Positions 45,915-56,928 of a stretch of DNA of 64,000 nucleotides are shown piece by piece. Origin of the DNA: Nanobdellota archaeon (GTDB lineage Archaea > Nanobdellota > Nanobdellia > SCGC-AAA011-G17 > JAFCDX01); the NCBI GenBank assembly GCA_040753775.1, contig JBFMDT010000001.1, positions 58,584 to 122,583 on the forward strand, in the 5' to 3' direction. The notes below the pieces were generated by a model. That model had not been told where the DNA came from, made no database searches, and was given only the letters and a program-made list of their open reading frames with translations. Made by a program: the position numbers and the translations under genes. Position 1 is the stretch's first letter; every line of letters begins with the position of its first letter.

Positions 45915-46970
45915 ATGAAAAAAGCCTTAATTACGGGTATTACTGGCCAAGATGGAAGTTACCTTTCAGAATTCTTGCTAAGCAAAGGTTATGATGTATA
46001 TGGAACTGTTAGTTACTCCAGCAGCATAGACTTGAGGGATAGGGGGTTAGATTCAAGATTTGAATACTTAAGTGATAAAGTTAAATTAGTAACGGCTGAT
46101 TTAAGGGATGAAAGTTCTTTGGTAAGGGAGATAAATAAAATAGACCCAGATGAGGTGTATAATCTTGGTGCTTTATCCTTTGTATCAACATCCTTTAAAG
46201 ATCCAGAAAAAACATCAGACATAACAGGCATGGGTGTGCTGAGGATTTTAGAGGCAATAAGAAAGGTTAATCCTAAGATAAAGTTTTATCAAGCTTCTTC
46301 ATCAGAAATGTTTGGCGCTGCAAGGAAAACTCCACAAAATGAAAACACTCCTTTCCATCCAAAAAGTCCATATGGAACTGCAAAGGTGTTTGGCCACAAT
46401 ACTGTAGTAAATTACAGGGAAAGTTGCGGCATATTCGCATGTAGTGGAATTCTGTTTAATCACGAATCCCCGAGAAGAGGTAGCGAATTCGTAACTAAAA
46501 AGGTTGTTAATACAGCTGTAAAAATGCATCTTGGTCTAGAAAATAAATTAGTTTTGGGGCGTTTGGACCCTAAAAGAGATTGGGGGTATGCAAAGGACTA
46601 TGTTGAAGCAATGTGGTTAATGCTGCAACAAAAAGAGGCTGATGATTATGTAATAGCAACTGGCGAAACGCATACTGTAAGAGAATTTGTTGAAGCGGTA
46701 TTTAATTACTTGGGTAAAAAGATAGCGTGGAGTAAGGAAGATCGGTGTGGGAGGTCAAATGAGGGTGGTTACGATAGAAGTGGCTGTAAGTTAATAGAAG
46801 TTTCAGAAGGTCTTTTCAGACCAGCGGAGGTTTATGAGCTAAGAGGGGATGCTAGTAAAGCAAGAGAAAAGCTTGGTTGGCAGCCTAAAACAAATTTCCT
46901 AGATTTGATTAAGATCATGGTTGATGAAGAAAGAAAACTAGTTATTAAGAAACAAAATTTGTTGGTATAA
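45915..46970 (+). CDS. gmd: GDP-mannose 4,6-dehydratase
   Basis: ITGITGQDGSY, QASSSE, PYGTAK, FNHESPRRG. Confidence 0.97.
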   Translation: MKKALITGITGQDGSYLSEFLLSKGYDVYGTVSYSSSIDLRDRGLDSRFEYLSDKVKLVTADLRDESSLVREINKIDPDEVYNLGALSFVSTSFKDPEKTSDITGMGVLRILEAIRKVNPKIKFYQASSSEMFGAARKTPQNENTPFHPKSPYGTAKVFGHNTVVNYRESCGIFACSGILFNHESPRRGSEFVTKKVVNTAVKMHLGLENKLVLGRLDPKRDWGYAKDYVEAMWLMLQQKEADDYVIATGETHTVREFVEAVFNYLGKKIAWSKEDRCGRSNEGGYDRSGCKLIEVSEGLFRPAEVYELRGDASKAREKLGWQPKTNFLDLIKIMVDEERKLVIKKQNLLV

Positions 46971-47009
46971 ATTAACAATCTTTAAATACCCCTATTTTAT
47001 AAAATTCTT

Positions 47010-48539
47010 ATGGATAGTAGCAGCCTAAAAAAGGTAACTAAAGGCGCCTTTTATGTTTTTATAGGGTTGATAGTTTCTAAGTTACTAACTTATGTTTACA
47101 GGATTATAGTTGCTAGGATTGGGGCAACAGAATATGGATTACTTAACATAGGCTTGGCAGTAATTGGAGTAGTGTCTATATTTTGCTTGCTTGGCTTTGA
47201 AGAAGGCTTGCTGAGGTACATATCATATTATAAAGCACTAGATGATAAGAAAAGGGTTACTGGGCTTTATAAATCATCACTTAAAATTAGCTTGGCAATA
47301 AGCATCGTATTTGCAATTTTATTGTACTACTATTCAAATAGCATTGCTATATTTATTTTTCATAATCAAAATTTAATCAGTGTTTTAAAAATATTTTCAA
47401 TAGTTCTTCCATTCTTTGTTGTTTACAAACTAAATCTAGCTTCCATAAGAGCACTGCAGGACATAAAGGGATGGACTTATATAGGGAATATAGCTGAAAG
47501 TGCAATTAGGTTGATTTTGACTGTAGTTTTAATCTTGCTTGGACTAAAACTTTTTGGTGTTATAATAGCATATCTTTTAACAATAGTCTTTGTTTCTACA
47601 ATATCGTTTTACTATCTGACTAGGATTGTTAAATTTGTAAAAAACAAAGTTAGTACAAACCTTACGAAAGAACTGGTTAGATATTCCTGGCCTCTGATGT
47701 TTAGCAGTATACTAATAGCTATAATGGCGTGGACAGATACTTTAATACTTGGTTACTTCAAGACGGCTAGTGATGTCGGAGTCTATAATGCAGCACTGCC
47801 AACTTCAACCCTACTGTACATAATTCCTATGGCGCTATTAAGTTTGTTTATACCCCTGTTAACAGAGTTGCTAGCCCTAAATAAAAGGGCTGAATTCAGA
47901 AGCCTGTATGACACGACAAATAGATGGATATTCTTTGCTAACTTCCCTCTATTTGTACTGCTAGTGCTGTTTTCCAAGCAGATATTAGCAATTTTATTTG
48001 GACAGGCTTATATAAATGGTTATACTGCTTTAATAATACTGTCTGTAGGGTACGTAATTTATTTCGCATTTGAAACATCAAATAAAATATTAAACGTGTT
48101 AAATAAAACCAAACTTGTTTTGATTAATACTGCCATTGCTACAATGCTAAATGTTGTTCTAAACCTTATCCTTGTTCCTATTTTGGGCATAAATGGGGCG
48201 GCTATTGCTACTGCATCCAGTTTAGTATCAACAAACTTTTTAGCTTTTATAGAAGTAAGAAGATTTGCGAAGCTAAATCCGTTGCAAATTATTTATTTTA
48301 AATCTATAGCAGCATCAGTTGTGGCTGGGTTTGTAGTCTATTTAATAAAATCCCTTATAGATGCGCAATCTTTAATTGCAGTTATCTTGCTTGGGATTTT
48401 ATTCTTGTCAATATATCTAGCTGGAATAGCGCTGCTAAAGAGCTTTTTGCCAGAGGATATTGAGATAATAAAGATTTTACAAACAAAAACTGGTGTAAAG
48501 TTGAATGCAGTAAGTAATTTTATAAAAAGGTTTATATAA
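47010..48539 (+). CDS. Wzx/AglR-type oligosaccharide flippase
   Basis: About 14 TM; D.LILGYF....VGVYNAA. Confidence 0.92.
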   Translation: MDSSSLKKVTKGAFYVFIGLIVSKLLTYVYRIIVARIGATEYGLLNIGLAVIGVVSIFCLLGFEEGLLRYISYYKALDDKKRVTGLYKSSLKISLAISIVFAILLYYYSNSIAIFIFHNQNLISVLKIFSIVLPFFVVYKLNLASIRALQDIKGWTYIGNIAESAIRLILTVVLILLGLKLFGVIIAYLLTIVFVSTISFYYLTRIVKFVKNKVSTNLTKELVRYSWPLMFSSILIAIMAWTDTLILGYFKTASDVGVYNAALPTSTLLYIIPMALLSLFIPLLTELLALNKRAEFRSLYDTTNRWIFFANFPLFVLLVLFSKQILAILFGQAYINGYTALIILSVGYVIYFAFETSNKILNVLNKTKLVLINTAIATMLNVVLNLILVPILGINGAAIATASSLVSTNFLAFIEVRRFAKLNPLQIIYFKSIAASVVAGFVVYLIKSLIDAQSLIAVILLGILFLSIYLAGIALLKSFLPEDIEIIKILQTKTGVKLNAVSNFIKRFI

Positions 48540-48560
48540 CTTTTGCTGCATTATATAAAA

Positions 48561-49940
48561 ATGACTAAGGTTTTGCTTGTCCAACCAAACTTTAATGTAA
48601 ACGTAGAAAAGGCATATGATGCTTGTTTGCCTCTGCCCCTTATTTACATAGGAACTTTTTTAAATAAAAATGGCCATGAAGCAAAGATATTTGACAGAAG
48701 TTTGCATTCCGACAATAGAGACTTTATAAGAGCGCTGAAACAATTTAATCCTGATATTGTCTATACTAATGTTATAATGGGCAGATTGATATTTGATTGC
48801 ATTACATTTTCTAAAATAGCAAAATCACACAGCGATGCATTGGTTATCTGGGGAGGAATATTGCCGACCCTAAGACCAGCAATTCCTTTGAATAGCGGGT
48901 ACGTTGACTTTGTTATAAGAGGTGAAACAGAAGAAACTATGTTAGATATAGCAAACACCTTTAAAGCCAGGAAAACCAGAGAAACAATTTCTAAACTGCG
49001 CAATGTAAACTACAATCCATCTAGACCAAGAATGGACCTGGATTTGCTTGCTGAGCCTGACTATGAATTAGTTGATGTTAAAAAATATACGGACTTCGGT
49101 GTTATCACATCAAGAGGATGTCCTTATAGGTGTGCTTTTTGTTACATAGATGGCTACTGGAAGTCTCTGCATCTAGAAAAATGGCGCGGTATGTCTACAG
49201 ATAAAGCTATAAACATGATAAGAAACCTTGTTACTAAATACAACATAAGAGATATAGCAATTTATGATGACAATTTTCCAACAGATAAAAAGAGAGCTAT
49301 AGAAATAATGCATGGAATAAGCGATCTTGGTTTGAAAATTTTCATACTGGGCAGAACAAACTATTGCCAAGATGACATAATGCAAGCTTATAAAAAGGCT
49401 GGCGTGTGGACCATACAGATTGGTTTTGAATCTGGCTCACAAAGAATGCTCAATTTTATGAAAAAGGACGTAACAGTGCAGCAGATGAAATATGCAGTAA
49501 AGCAATGCAAAAAATACAAAATACTCTGCGAAGGAAGTTTTGTTATTGGCTTTCCAGAAGAAAATGTAGCAGACTTAAGTGAAACTGTAAAATTTATTAA
49601 GCAAAATACTCCAGATTACGCTGGAATTAAGCTATATCACCCATATCCAGAAACAGATTTTTATGACTACTGTATTAAAAATAGGCTTATAACAGAACCT
49701 AAAAGACTTGAAGACTGGGGTAATGTTAGTGTATTCAATTGGGCAAATATCAATGTAAGCAAAATTCCAACAGATGTTTTAATGAAGACAAAGGCAAACA
49801 TAGAAAGATTTTTGTTTATGAAATCATACAGCAGAAAGCTCTTTAGAATGCTACTATCAGGAAGAATTCCTAAGTTCAGCAAAATCTTAAATGCATCTAA
49901 ACATATCTTAAGTTTATGGACAAATAAGCCTATCCAATAA
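48561..49940 (+). CDS. B12-binding-domain radical SAM protein
   Basis: PL.L.YI, WGG..PT, GE.E, SRGCPYRCAFC, GFESG. Confidence 0.92.
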   Translation: MTKVLLVQPNFNVNVEKAYDACLPLPLIYIGTFLNKNGHEAKIFDRSLHSDNRDFIRALKQFNPDIVYTNVIMGRLIFDCITFSKIAKSHSDALVIWGGILPTLRPAIPLNSGYVDFVIRGETEETMLDIANTFKARKTRETISKLRNVNYNPSRPRMDLDLLAEPDYELVDVKKYTDFGVITSRGCPYRCAFCYIDGYWKSLHLEKWRGMSTDKAINMIRNLVTKYNIRDIAIYDDNFPTDKKRAIEIMHGISDLGLKIFILGRTNYCQDDIMQAYKKAGVWTIQIGFESGSQRMLNFMKKDVTVQQMKYAVKQCKKYKILCEGSFVIGFPEENVADLSETVKFIKQNTPDYAGIKLYHPYPETDFYDYCIKNRLITEPKRLEDWGNVSVFNWANINVSKIPTDVLMKTKANIERFLFMKSYSRKLFRMLLSGRIPKFSKILNASKHILSLWTNKPIQ

Positions 49941-50865
49941 CCTTGCTAAGAACATTTAAATATGATTTAGCTACTTCTTCCCATGTATAAGTTCTTATCT
50001 TCTTAACGTTTTTGGATAATTTACTTCTTAGACTTTTATTCTTGATTAATTCTGCTAGTGCTTTCCTAAAATCTCTTGTCAAATAAGCATCTTTCTTATG
50101 TGTTAAAATTTTTCTTATTCTTCCATCATAAGCTAAGATACATTTACCGCACCTTATGTATTCAAACATCTTTAATGCAGAATCCTGATTAGACGTAACA
50201 ACAACTATATCTGCTGCTTTAACATAACCGGGAACATCTTCTTGTTTCTTGAATCCTAAAAAATGTACGTTTTTAGAAGCAATTTTTTTAAATTCTGGAT
50301 TAGTCTGCCCTATTAGGTATAAATCACAATTAAGGCCGTCAACAGCTTTAATAATCCTATCGACTTTTTTGTATTCGGTTTGTTCTCCAACATAAAGAAC
50401 CTTTATTCTGCCTCTAAGCTTTACAGCTTTCTTATTGCTTCTGTCTGCACCATGAGGGATATAGGAAACCTTTTTACCTAGCTTCCTTGCTTCTTTTTCT
50501 AAATGTTTGCTAACTGTAGTTATGTAATCAGAATTTTTAATCGTAAAAACCTCTAAAAAATATATAAAGCCATAGCCATACTTTTTGCCCATGACCTCTG
50601 AATAAATATCATCCCATGCATGAACAACAGGGCATTTTATTAATTTAATTTTTCTAAGCAAGGCTGGTATAAAACCAATAACACCTGAGCTTATTACAAC
50701 CTCTGGATTAAATCTCAGGTAGCGAAAGTAGAATTTTAACCAATCTTTTTTTGTTATAAAATCAACCTTATTTCCTTGTTTTTCAAAAATATAACTCAAC
50801 CTAGATGGTCCTACAAAAACAATTGGTTTTCTTACTCTATCGTGTGTTATTACCTGTATCTTCAT
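49930..50865 (-). CDS. GT4-like glycosyltransferase
   Basis: TVS, LYVG and KMFEY motifs. Confidence 0.8.
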   Translation of the reverse strand: MKIQVITHDRVRKPIVFVGPSRLSYIFEKQGNKVDFITKKDWLKFYFRYLRFNPEVVISSGVIGFIPALLRKIKLIKCPVVHAWDDIYSEVMGKKYGYGFIYFLEVFTIKNSDYITTVSKHLEKEARKLGKKVSYIPHGADRSNKKAVKLRGRIKVLYVGEQTEYKKVDRIIKAVDGLNCDLYLIGQTNPEFKKIASKNVHFLGFKKQEDVPGYVKAADIVVVTSNQDSALKMFEYIRCGKCILAYDGRIRKILTHKKDAYLTRDFRKALAELIKNKSLRSKLSKNVKKIRTYTWEEVAKSYLNVLSKVIG

Positions 50866-51968
50866 TTCAAGTTTTTTAACAAGCTTAAATAATCTTTTGA
50901 CACCTTGCTAAAGCGGTATTGCTTTGCTTTCTCGTAACCACTTTTACCAATTTTACTAGCCAGTCTTTTATCTTTTAATATAATGTTTATCTTACTTGCT
51001 AGTGTTTGCACATCTCCCAAGTTATATAAGCAAAAGTTATCTGGAACTATAGCTGGCAACCCGCCTGTACTAGTCGCTATTACCGGCTTTTTTTGCGCCA
51101 TCGCCTCTATCATTACAGCCCCTAAACCCTCTTTAATGCTTGGCAATACAAATAAATTGCAGGCAACATAAGCTTCTAATCTTTCTTTGGTGTCTAAGTC
51201 TTTGTTTAACCAAACTATTTTATTTTCAACATTGAGCTTTTCAGCCAATGACTTCCATTGTTTTGTAACATCACTTTCTTTGCCTCCAAAAACAAACGTG
51301 GCATCAACATATTGTGCTGCCCTAATTAATTCGCCCAAGTTTTTCACTTGATGATGCCTACCTAGCCATAAGATCACATTCCCTTTTAATTTGTACTTCT
51401 CCCTAAAAGAACTTTTTATTTTTTTAAAGCATATGTCTTCTAGTGGAGCAGGGATAATTGCAATATTTTTAGTTCCTAAATTCTTCAACCATTTTGCTTC
51501 TAAACTAGTTTCGGCTAAACAATATGAATTTCTTATCAAAGGATTACCGATTGTTAAATCAATAAAGTTCATAAGAATGTTTACAAAAATGCCTTTTATA
51601 GAAGCTCTTTTGTAAGCAGGAAAGAACGGGGAAAGTAAAAACTTGGCTTTGCCTTTTGTGATAAATGCATAAAATACATGCGGGTGCCTATAGCCACCGC
51701 AACAGTGTATTACGTCATAGCCTCTTACATCAGGAAAAAATACCTTAGCAAAATAAAATAAATTCAAATAATTTTTATACCGCTTGATCTTTATTCCCTC
51801 TTTAGTTTCTTCCTTCACTTTAATTCTTTTGCCATCTGGATAAACATCGGAGCAAATAACAGTGACATCTTGCCCAGCATTTTTTAAAATCTTGACCATC
51901 TTGCCGGCATAGCCCTCATAAAATTCATTAACAGGCCAACAAAATGGGGTAACGATTGCAATTTTCAT
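50862..51968 (-). CDS. GT4 glycosyltransferase
   Basis: LPSIKEGLGAVMIEAMA. Confidence 0.92.
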   Translation of the reverse strand: MKIAIVTPFCWPVNEFYEGYAGKMVKILKNAGQDVTVICSDVYPDGKRIKVKEETKEGIKIKRYKNYLNLFYFAKVFFPDVRGYDVIHCCGGYRHPHVFYAFITKGKAKFLLSPFFPAYKRASIKGIFVNILMNFIDLTIGNPLIRNSYCLAETSLEAKWLKNLGTKNIAIIPAPLEDICFKKIKSSFREKYKLKGNVILWLGRHHQVKNLGELIRAAQYVDATFVFGGKESDVTKQWKSLAEKLNVENKIVWLNKDLDTKERLEAYVACNLFVLPSIKEGLGAVMIEAMAQKKPVIATSTGGLPAIVPDNFCLYNLGDVQTLASKINIILKDKRLASKIGKSGYEKAKQYRFSKVSKDYLSLLKNLK

Positions 51969-52498
51969 TTCACTACCTTAAGCTCTACGTATAATTCGTT
52001 GCTTGGAATGATAAATGCAATATATCTTTCGTAAAATTTGGGAAAGATATTTATTATATAACTGAACAGGTTTAACAGTCTGTTCCAAGAAAAGTTGATC
52101 CTCCTTCTAACAATCTTAAACTCAACTCTGCTATCTATGCTTAACCAAGAATTTTTTACAAAATATTCAAACGTCCTATAAGCAAAAAAATGTTTATGTG
52201 TGGGGTCTTGAAATGCGTATGCACTGGCAAAATAAGGAACCTTTATAATAACTAATGCATTTGGCTTTGCTACTCTATAAATCTCCTCTATTGCTTTCAC
52301 TAAATCACTTAAATGTTCTAGGATGTGACTAGCATAAACTTTATCAAAGGTATTTGGCTTAAATGGCCATGGATATTTATCCAAATTATGTACAACTTCA
52401 ACGTGCTCTTTTTTAATTCTATCTAGATGAACAACCTCTTCATTGGATTTAGCTTTGTAGTAGTGCTTACCGCTTCCAATTTCTAGTACTTTGCTCAT
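51965..52498 (-). CDS. Class I SAM methyltransferase
   Basis: LEIGSG, HILEH, DPTH. Confidence 0.88.
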   Translation of the reverse strand: MSKVLEIGSGKHYYKAKSNEEVVHLDRIKKEHVEVVHNLDKYPWPFKPNTFDKVYASHILEHLSDLVKAIEEIYRVAKPNALVIIKVPYFASAYAFQDPTHKHFFAYRTFEYFVKNSWLSIDSRVEFKIVRRRINFSWNRLLNLFSYIINIFPKFYERYIAFIIPSNELYVELKVVK

Positions 52499-53310
52499 AG
52501 TTTTAGTGAATCTATTCTAGCTTTTAAAATTTCTCTTATATAAAACAGTGTTTTTGGTTTGGCTAAAACTTGATACCCAATAAATAATGGGAAATAGACA
52601 AAGAAATCTAAGATTGTAAATAGCAACCTGTTTTTAGTGTATTTTAAGCAGTAGAGCACCCTATTCCTGTTCATGTAGTAAACCTCGTGGCTTGATACTT
52701 TACTTTTTTGGATATCATGATAAACTACAGCTTTTGGCTCGTAAACAACCTTATAGCCCTTGTTTCTAATCCTCTTACACAGATCTACTTCTTCATAGTA
52801 CAAGTAATATTTTTTATCAAGCAACCCTACTCTGTCTAGAACATCCCTTTTCAGCAGTATCGCACAACCACTAACATAATCACAGCTGGATTTATTTACG
52901 TGCGTATTGAATATCCCTCCTATGATCTCCTTTGCTCCAGAAAACCAGACGTCTTTGCTATCCTTGTAGTAAATCTTTGCTCCTCCTGCCCCAACATCTT
53001 TAGATTTAACAGCGCTAACTAAATACTGCAGACAATTTTTATCAGCATAGGCATCATTATTCAACAAAAAAATGTATTTTCCCTTTGCCTTTCTTATTCC
53101 AATATTGTTTCCTTCAGCATAGCCATAATTTTTTTTGTTTCTTATTAATTTAAAGCCATACTCCTTAACTATTTTATCACTGTTATCACTGGAATCATTA
53201 TCCACAACAATAACCTCATAATCCTTAAAATTCAAATTTCTTACAGAATCTAGGCATTTCTTCAGCGTTCTTGCCCCATTGTAGTTTAAGATGATAATTG
53301 AAATTAGCAT
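52495..53310 (-). CDS. GT2 glycosyltransferase (rhamnosyltransferase-like)
   Basis: LNYN, DN.S.D, LNND, YYEEVDLC. Confidence 0.9.
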   Translation of the reverse strand: MLISIIILNYNGARTLKKCLDSVRNLNFKDYEVIVVDNDSSDNSDKIVKEYGFKLIRNKKNYGYAEGNNIGIRKAKGKYIFLLNNDAYADKNCLQYLVSAVKSKDVGAGGAKIYYKDSKDVWFSGAKEIIGGIFNTHVNKSSCDYVSGCAILLKRDVLDRVGLLDKKYYLYYEEVDLCKRIRNKGYKVVYEPKAVVYHDIQKSKVSSHEVYYMNRNRVLYCLKYTKNRLLFTILDFFVYFPLFIGYQVLAKPKTLFYIREILKARIDSLKL

Positions 53311-53385
53311 AAAAATGAGTTAAAAATGCTATTTAAAAAGTTTATTAAGCATAAATCTCATTTATCCCAGAGAACGTCCTTTATT

Positions 53386-53826
53386 TTATTTAATTAGATT
53401 TCCCCATTCTCCTAAATCAGTTATCCATTCTTTCTGCGATCTTTCTTCCCAAGTTTTAAATGCTTGTTCATAACATTCTTCAAAAATTTGTTTTGTTACT
53501 TTATTTATTTTTATAAAATGTTCTATTAATTTATTCATATTTAAAAGTCCTTTTGAAACTTGAATTTCTGCAAATCCTATATGTTTAATCATATGACAAT
53601 CGTCACATAAGGCAGTAAATCCCTTTAATTTTTGGATATTATTTTTGTCATCATAATCCCATATTTCATGACAATCTAGTTTACTTGATGCCCCACAGAT
53701 TTGACATTTATTCTCTGCTTTTTTATAAGTCTCTTTTCTAATTTTATCCCATTCACTTTTTGAAATATTATTTCTTAGATTTGAATACCATGCTGTTGCC
53801 GGTACTAATTCTATCTCAAGTTCCAT
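53386..53826 (-). CDS. Stand-alone HNH-type endonuclease
   Basis: CQICG...CHE.W...LCDDCH..KH; GGAGGT SD. Confidence 0.8.
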   Translation of the reverse strand: MELEIELVPATAWYSNLRNNISKSEWDKIRKETYKKAENKCQICGASSKLDCHEIWDYDDKNNIQKLKGFTALCDDCHMIKHIGFAEIQVSKGLLNMNKLIEHFIKINKVTKQIFEECYEQAFKTWEERSQKEWITDLGEWGNLIK

Positions 53827-54068
53827 TTCTACCTCCAAATCTCTTTGTATCAGGCTTACTCTGCCAGCACTCACAACAGCTTATCCTTATCAGAAGAAAA
53901 AAATCTTATCATCATCAACTTATGCAAAATAAACCTTGATCTATAATATTTTATTTGTCAAACTTGTTTATATACTTTTGTATCTTTGAACATATTAATC
54001 CATATCAATAATTCAAACTTTATTTAATAATTAGGCTCTGTTTAAAAGTAATTTATTCCAAAATCCCT

Positions 54069-54821
54069 TTACTTCCTCCCAACCACAGTCCAGCTATTAT
54101 TGTTTACGTGATAAATTTTAACATTCGTTAGCTCTTTCAACAAACTCTTAGCTTCCCTTTTAGTCCAGTAATTAGCAATTCTAGGTAATAACTGGTCAAA
54201 AACAATAGAATGTACATGCCTAAATCTAAAAATTTTAAGTTGTTTTAAATAAGGTGATTTTGGTTTAGCCAATTTCAAATAAATCCATAAAGAAATGCTA
54301 AACAAATATGCAATCTTATGCGTCAAAGAAATAGGCAGTCTGCTAGTTACCTTTCTTATAGGATTTACATACCTAACAATCCATTCATTTCCTTCATAAC
54401 CATAAACCCAAATCAATAAGGTCCCATTCTTCTTCAATGCCCTTACAAGATTTTCAATAGCCTTCTCAGGAAACTCCAAATGATGTATAACCCCAATGGA
54501 AAAAACAAAATCAAACTTATTCTTGTAATTAATGTCGTAAATGCTTTTGTATTCAACTTTTGCATTCTTGAATTCTTTTAAAGTTTTTCTAGCAGCTCTA
54601 ACAGTTCTTTTGTCGTAATCAAAGGCAACTAAACTCTTAGCCCCGTTTTTCAAGCAAAAATAGCTGTTCCTACCCATTCCGCATGCAGCATCTAAAATAC
54701 TTTTTCCCTTGATAAATCTCTTGTTAACAGGATAAACCCATTTCCAAAACTGTACTTCATACTCCTTGTACATTTCAGGATACTTGCTCCATTCATAACC
54801 AAACCTCTCAGTAGATGCCAT
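54069..54821 (-). CDS. Class I SAM methyltransferase
   Basis: LDAACGMGR, FD...SIGVIHH. Confidence 0.9.
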   Translation of the reverse strand: MASTERFGYEWSKYPEMYKEYEVQFWKWVYPVNKRFIKGKSILDAACGMGRNSYFCLKNGAKSLVAFDYDKRTVRAARKTLKEFKNAKVEYKSIYDINYKNKFDFVFSIGVIHHLEFPEKAIENLVRALKKNGTLLIWVYGYEGNEWIVRYVNPIRKVTSRLPISLTHKIAYLFSISLWIYLKLAKPKSPYLKQLKIFRFRHVHSIVFDQLLPRIANYWTKREAKSLLKELTNVKIYHVNNNSWTVVGRK

Positions 54822-54891
54822 ATAAAACTATAAAATAACCAATATATAAATCATAGCAAATTATTTAAACTATTTATGCAGGCTAAGTATA

Positions 54892-56928
54892 ATGAAAGAG
54901 TCCTTTTTTCAGAAGTACAAAAAAGATGTTTTAAATTTTATAATACTCTTAGCGCTTATAATTTTTGTTTTATGGAATACCTTTAACAATGCCTTTATAG
55001 GCGGGACAAATGACCTTGAGCCCCATTCTTACTCCTTCTACTACTTAAAAGAATCTTTGGTAAACTATGGAAAAATCCCGCAATGGACATCAGATTACTT
55101 TGGTGGTAAGCCTTTTCTAGGATTGTACCAGCCTTTTACTTATTTCTTATTCCTTCCAGTATCCCTATTCTTTAATCCAGTCATCGTTCCTAAAATAGTC
55201 TTTTTCTTAATATTTTTATTGTCAGTATTATTCTTTTATCTCCTTGCAAAAAAACTCTTTAATAATTCAACAAAAGCACTTCTTGCATCAATAATTTTCA
55301 CAGTATTTCCAGCAAGGCTCTCGATGACAGCTTCAGGAGTATTGGCAGAATTAACAGCAATCATCTTTATCCCAATAGCCTTTTTGTTATATGAAAAAAT
55401 AAAAGAATCTCCAAAGCTAAGGTACTTTGCATTGCTTGCTTTAACTCAAGGCTTTGCTCTTTTAAGCCATCATGCAGCAGGGGGCTCTTTATTCTTTACT
55501 TTAATAGTTTTCATTGCTTATGACTATTTCCTTGAAAATAAGAACACAACAAAAGTAATTCCATATTTAGTAATAGGTATAATAATGTCCTTAGTCTTCC
55601 TGATTCCAGCATATCAGATCCAGGAAAGCCTAAATTTTGCAGTTACAGAAAAGGCAGGAACATCCTTTAGGCCATTGGACATAAAAAACTTCTTCACAAG
55701 AGAAAACTCCCATGGCGAGTTCATAGGAATAACAGCATTCATATTAATTCTTTCATCTCTTTCCTTGGCATTCAAAAAAAGAGACCAATTTACAAAATAT
55801 ATAATCATCTCATTCACTTTTCTGATTGTCGGCTTATATTTGCACTTTCTAATTCCAAGTTTTATTAAAGGAACTCTGCAGTTTGCAAGCAGATTTTATT
55901 CTGTATTAAGCATTACTCTTCCATTGCTTATCATTCTTGGAGTTGAAAATTTCTCTCTTTACCTGATAAAACTGTCAAAAGAGTATAATATATTAACTAT
56001 AAATGAAAAAACAAAAGACACAGCTAAGTATGTTTTAATTGCACTATTCCTCATTCTAATATTTTTTAGCTACATCCAATTCAAGCCTCAAAAAGGGAAT
56101 GAGCTAAGCATTCCAAATGGTGTCCTTGACTTTTACCAAAATATTTCAGCAAATCAAGATTATTATCGAGTAGAAGACCAAGTATTTGCCCCCTTCGGCT
56201 TTTCTCCAATTTTGCATAAGCATGGAATACTCAATGGTGCTCCCTCTCAAGAAGCCCCGAAATATCACTTTACTTTATGGGCAACAGCATGGCAGTTAAT
56301 GCAGTCAGAAAGTGGTGCACAAAACCTTGCAGGGCTTTATGGAGCTTTGTCTATCAAATATTTTGTAGCAGGTGGCCAGACAAATATTCCATACTTTACT
56401 GAATATAAATGCGGTTACAGATATTGCATTTATGAAAATCAAAAATTCCTTCCATACATAAGAACAGTTTCAAAAGTAATTAACATAAACCTAAAAGAAC
56501 CAGATTATGTCTTTGCATTCCTAGATAGCCTGACAAAATTTATAGTTCCGTTTGACAAAGTGGCATTTGCAAGGAATTTTGGTTTATCTGGTATCAACAC
56601 AATAGAGTTATCCCAACCAAAAGCAGCCCTAATGCTTGTTGAAAAATCCCCTGGCTATCTAAAAATAAAAATAGGTAACCTCAACAACCAAGAGTATCTC
56701 ATAGTGTCAGAATCTTACCACCCCTACTGGAAAGCCTATTTGAATAAAAAGGAAATACCGATTTACGAAGGAGTTCCATCAACGCTTGTAATACCAATAA
56801 ATGAAAATGGCAATTTGGAAATAAAATATACTCCTCCAAAAATTAAGTATATATTGTTCTGGCTTACAATGCTCATAATGCTTGCTTTAATAGCCATGGC
56901 AGCGTATGATTACAAAACTAAAAAATGA
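54892..56928 (+). CDS. GT-C-fold membrane glycosyltransferase (PTPS-related/YfhO-like)
   Basis: D...H, W....FGG.P....Y.P; many TM; ESYHPYWKA. Confidence 0.75.
   Translation: MKESFFQKYKKDVLNFIILLALIIFVLWNTFNNAFIGGTNDLEPHSYSFYYLKESLVNYGKIPQWTSDYFGGKPFLGLYQPFTYFLFLPVSLFFNPVIVPKIVFFLIFLLSVLFFYLLAKKLFNNSTKALLASIIFTVFPARLSMTASGVLAELTAIIFIPIAFLLYEKIKESPKLRYFALLALTQGFALLSHHAAGGSLFFTLIVFIAYDYFLENKNTTKVIPYLVIGIIMSLVFLIPAYQIQESLNFAVTEKAGTSFRPLDIKNFFTRENSHGEFIGITAFILILSSLSLAFKKRDQFTKYIIISFTFLIVGLYLHFLIPSFIKGTLQFASRFYSVLSITLPLLIILGVENFSLYLIKLSKEYNILTINEKTKDTAKYVLIALFLILIFFSYIQFKPQKGNELSIPNGVLDFYQNISANQDYYRVEDQVFAPFGFSPILHKHGILNGAPSQEAPKYHFTLWATAWQLMQSESGAQNLAGLYGALSIKYFVAGGQTNIPYFTEYKCGYRYCIYENQKFLPYIRTVSKVININLKEPDYVFAFLDSLTKFIVPFDKVAFARNFGLSGINTIELSQPKAALMLVEKSPGYLKIKIGNLNNQEYLIVSESYHPYWKAYLNKKEIPIYEGVPSTLVIPINENGNLEIKYTPPKIKYILFWLTMLIMLALIAMAAYDYKTKK

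Noticed and set aside
54030..54050. GGCTCTGTTT, resembling an IS terminal repeat
   Set aside because: No matching partner end or transposase found nearby.
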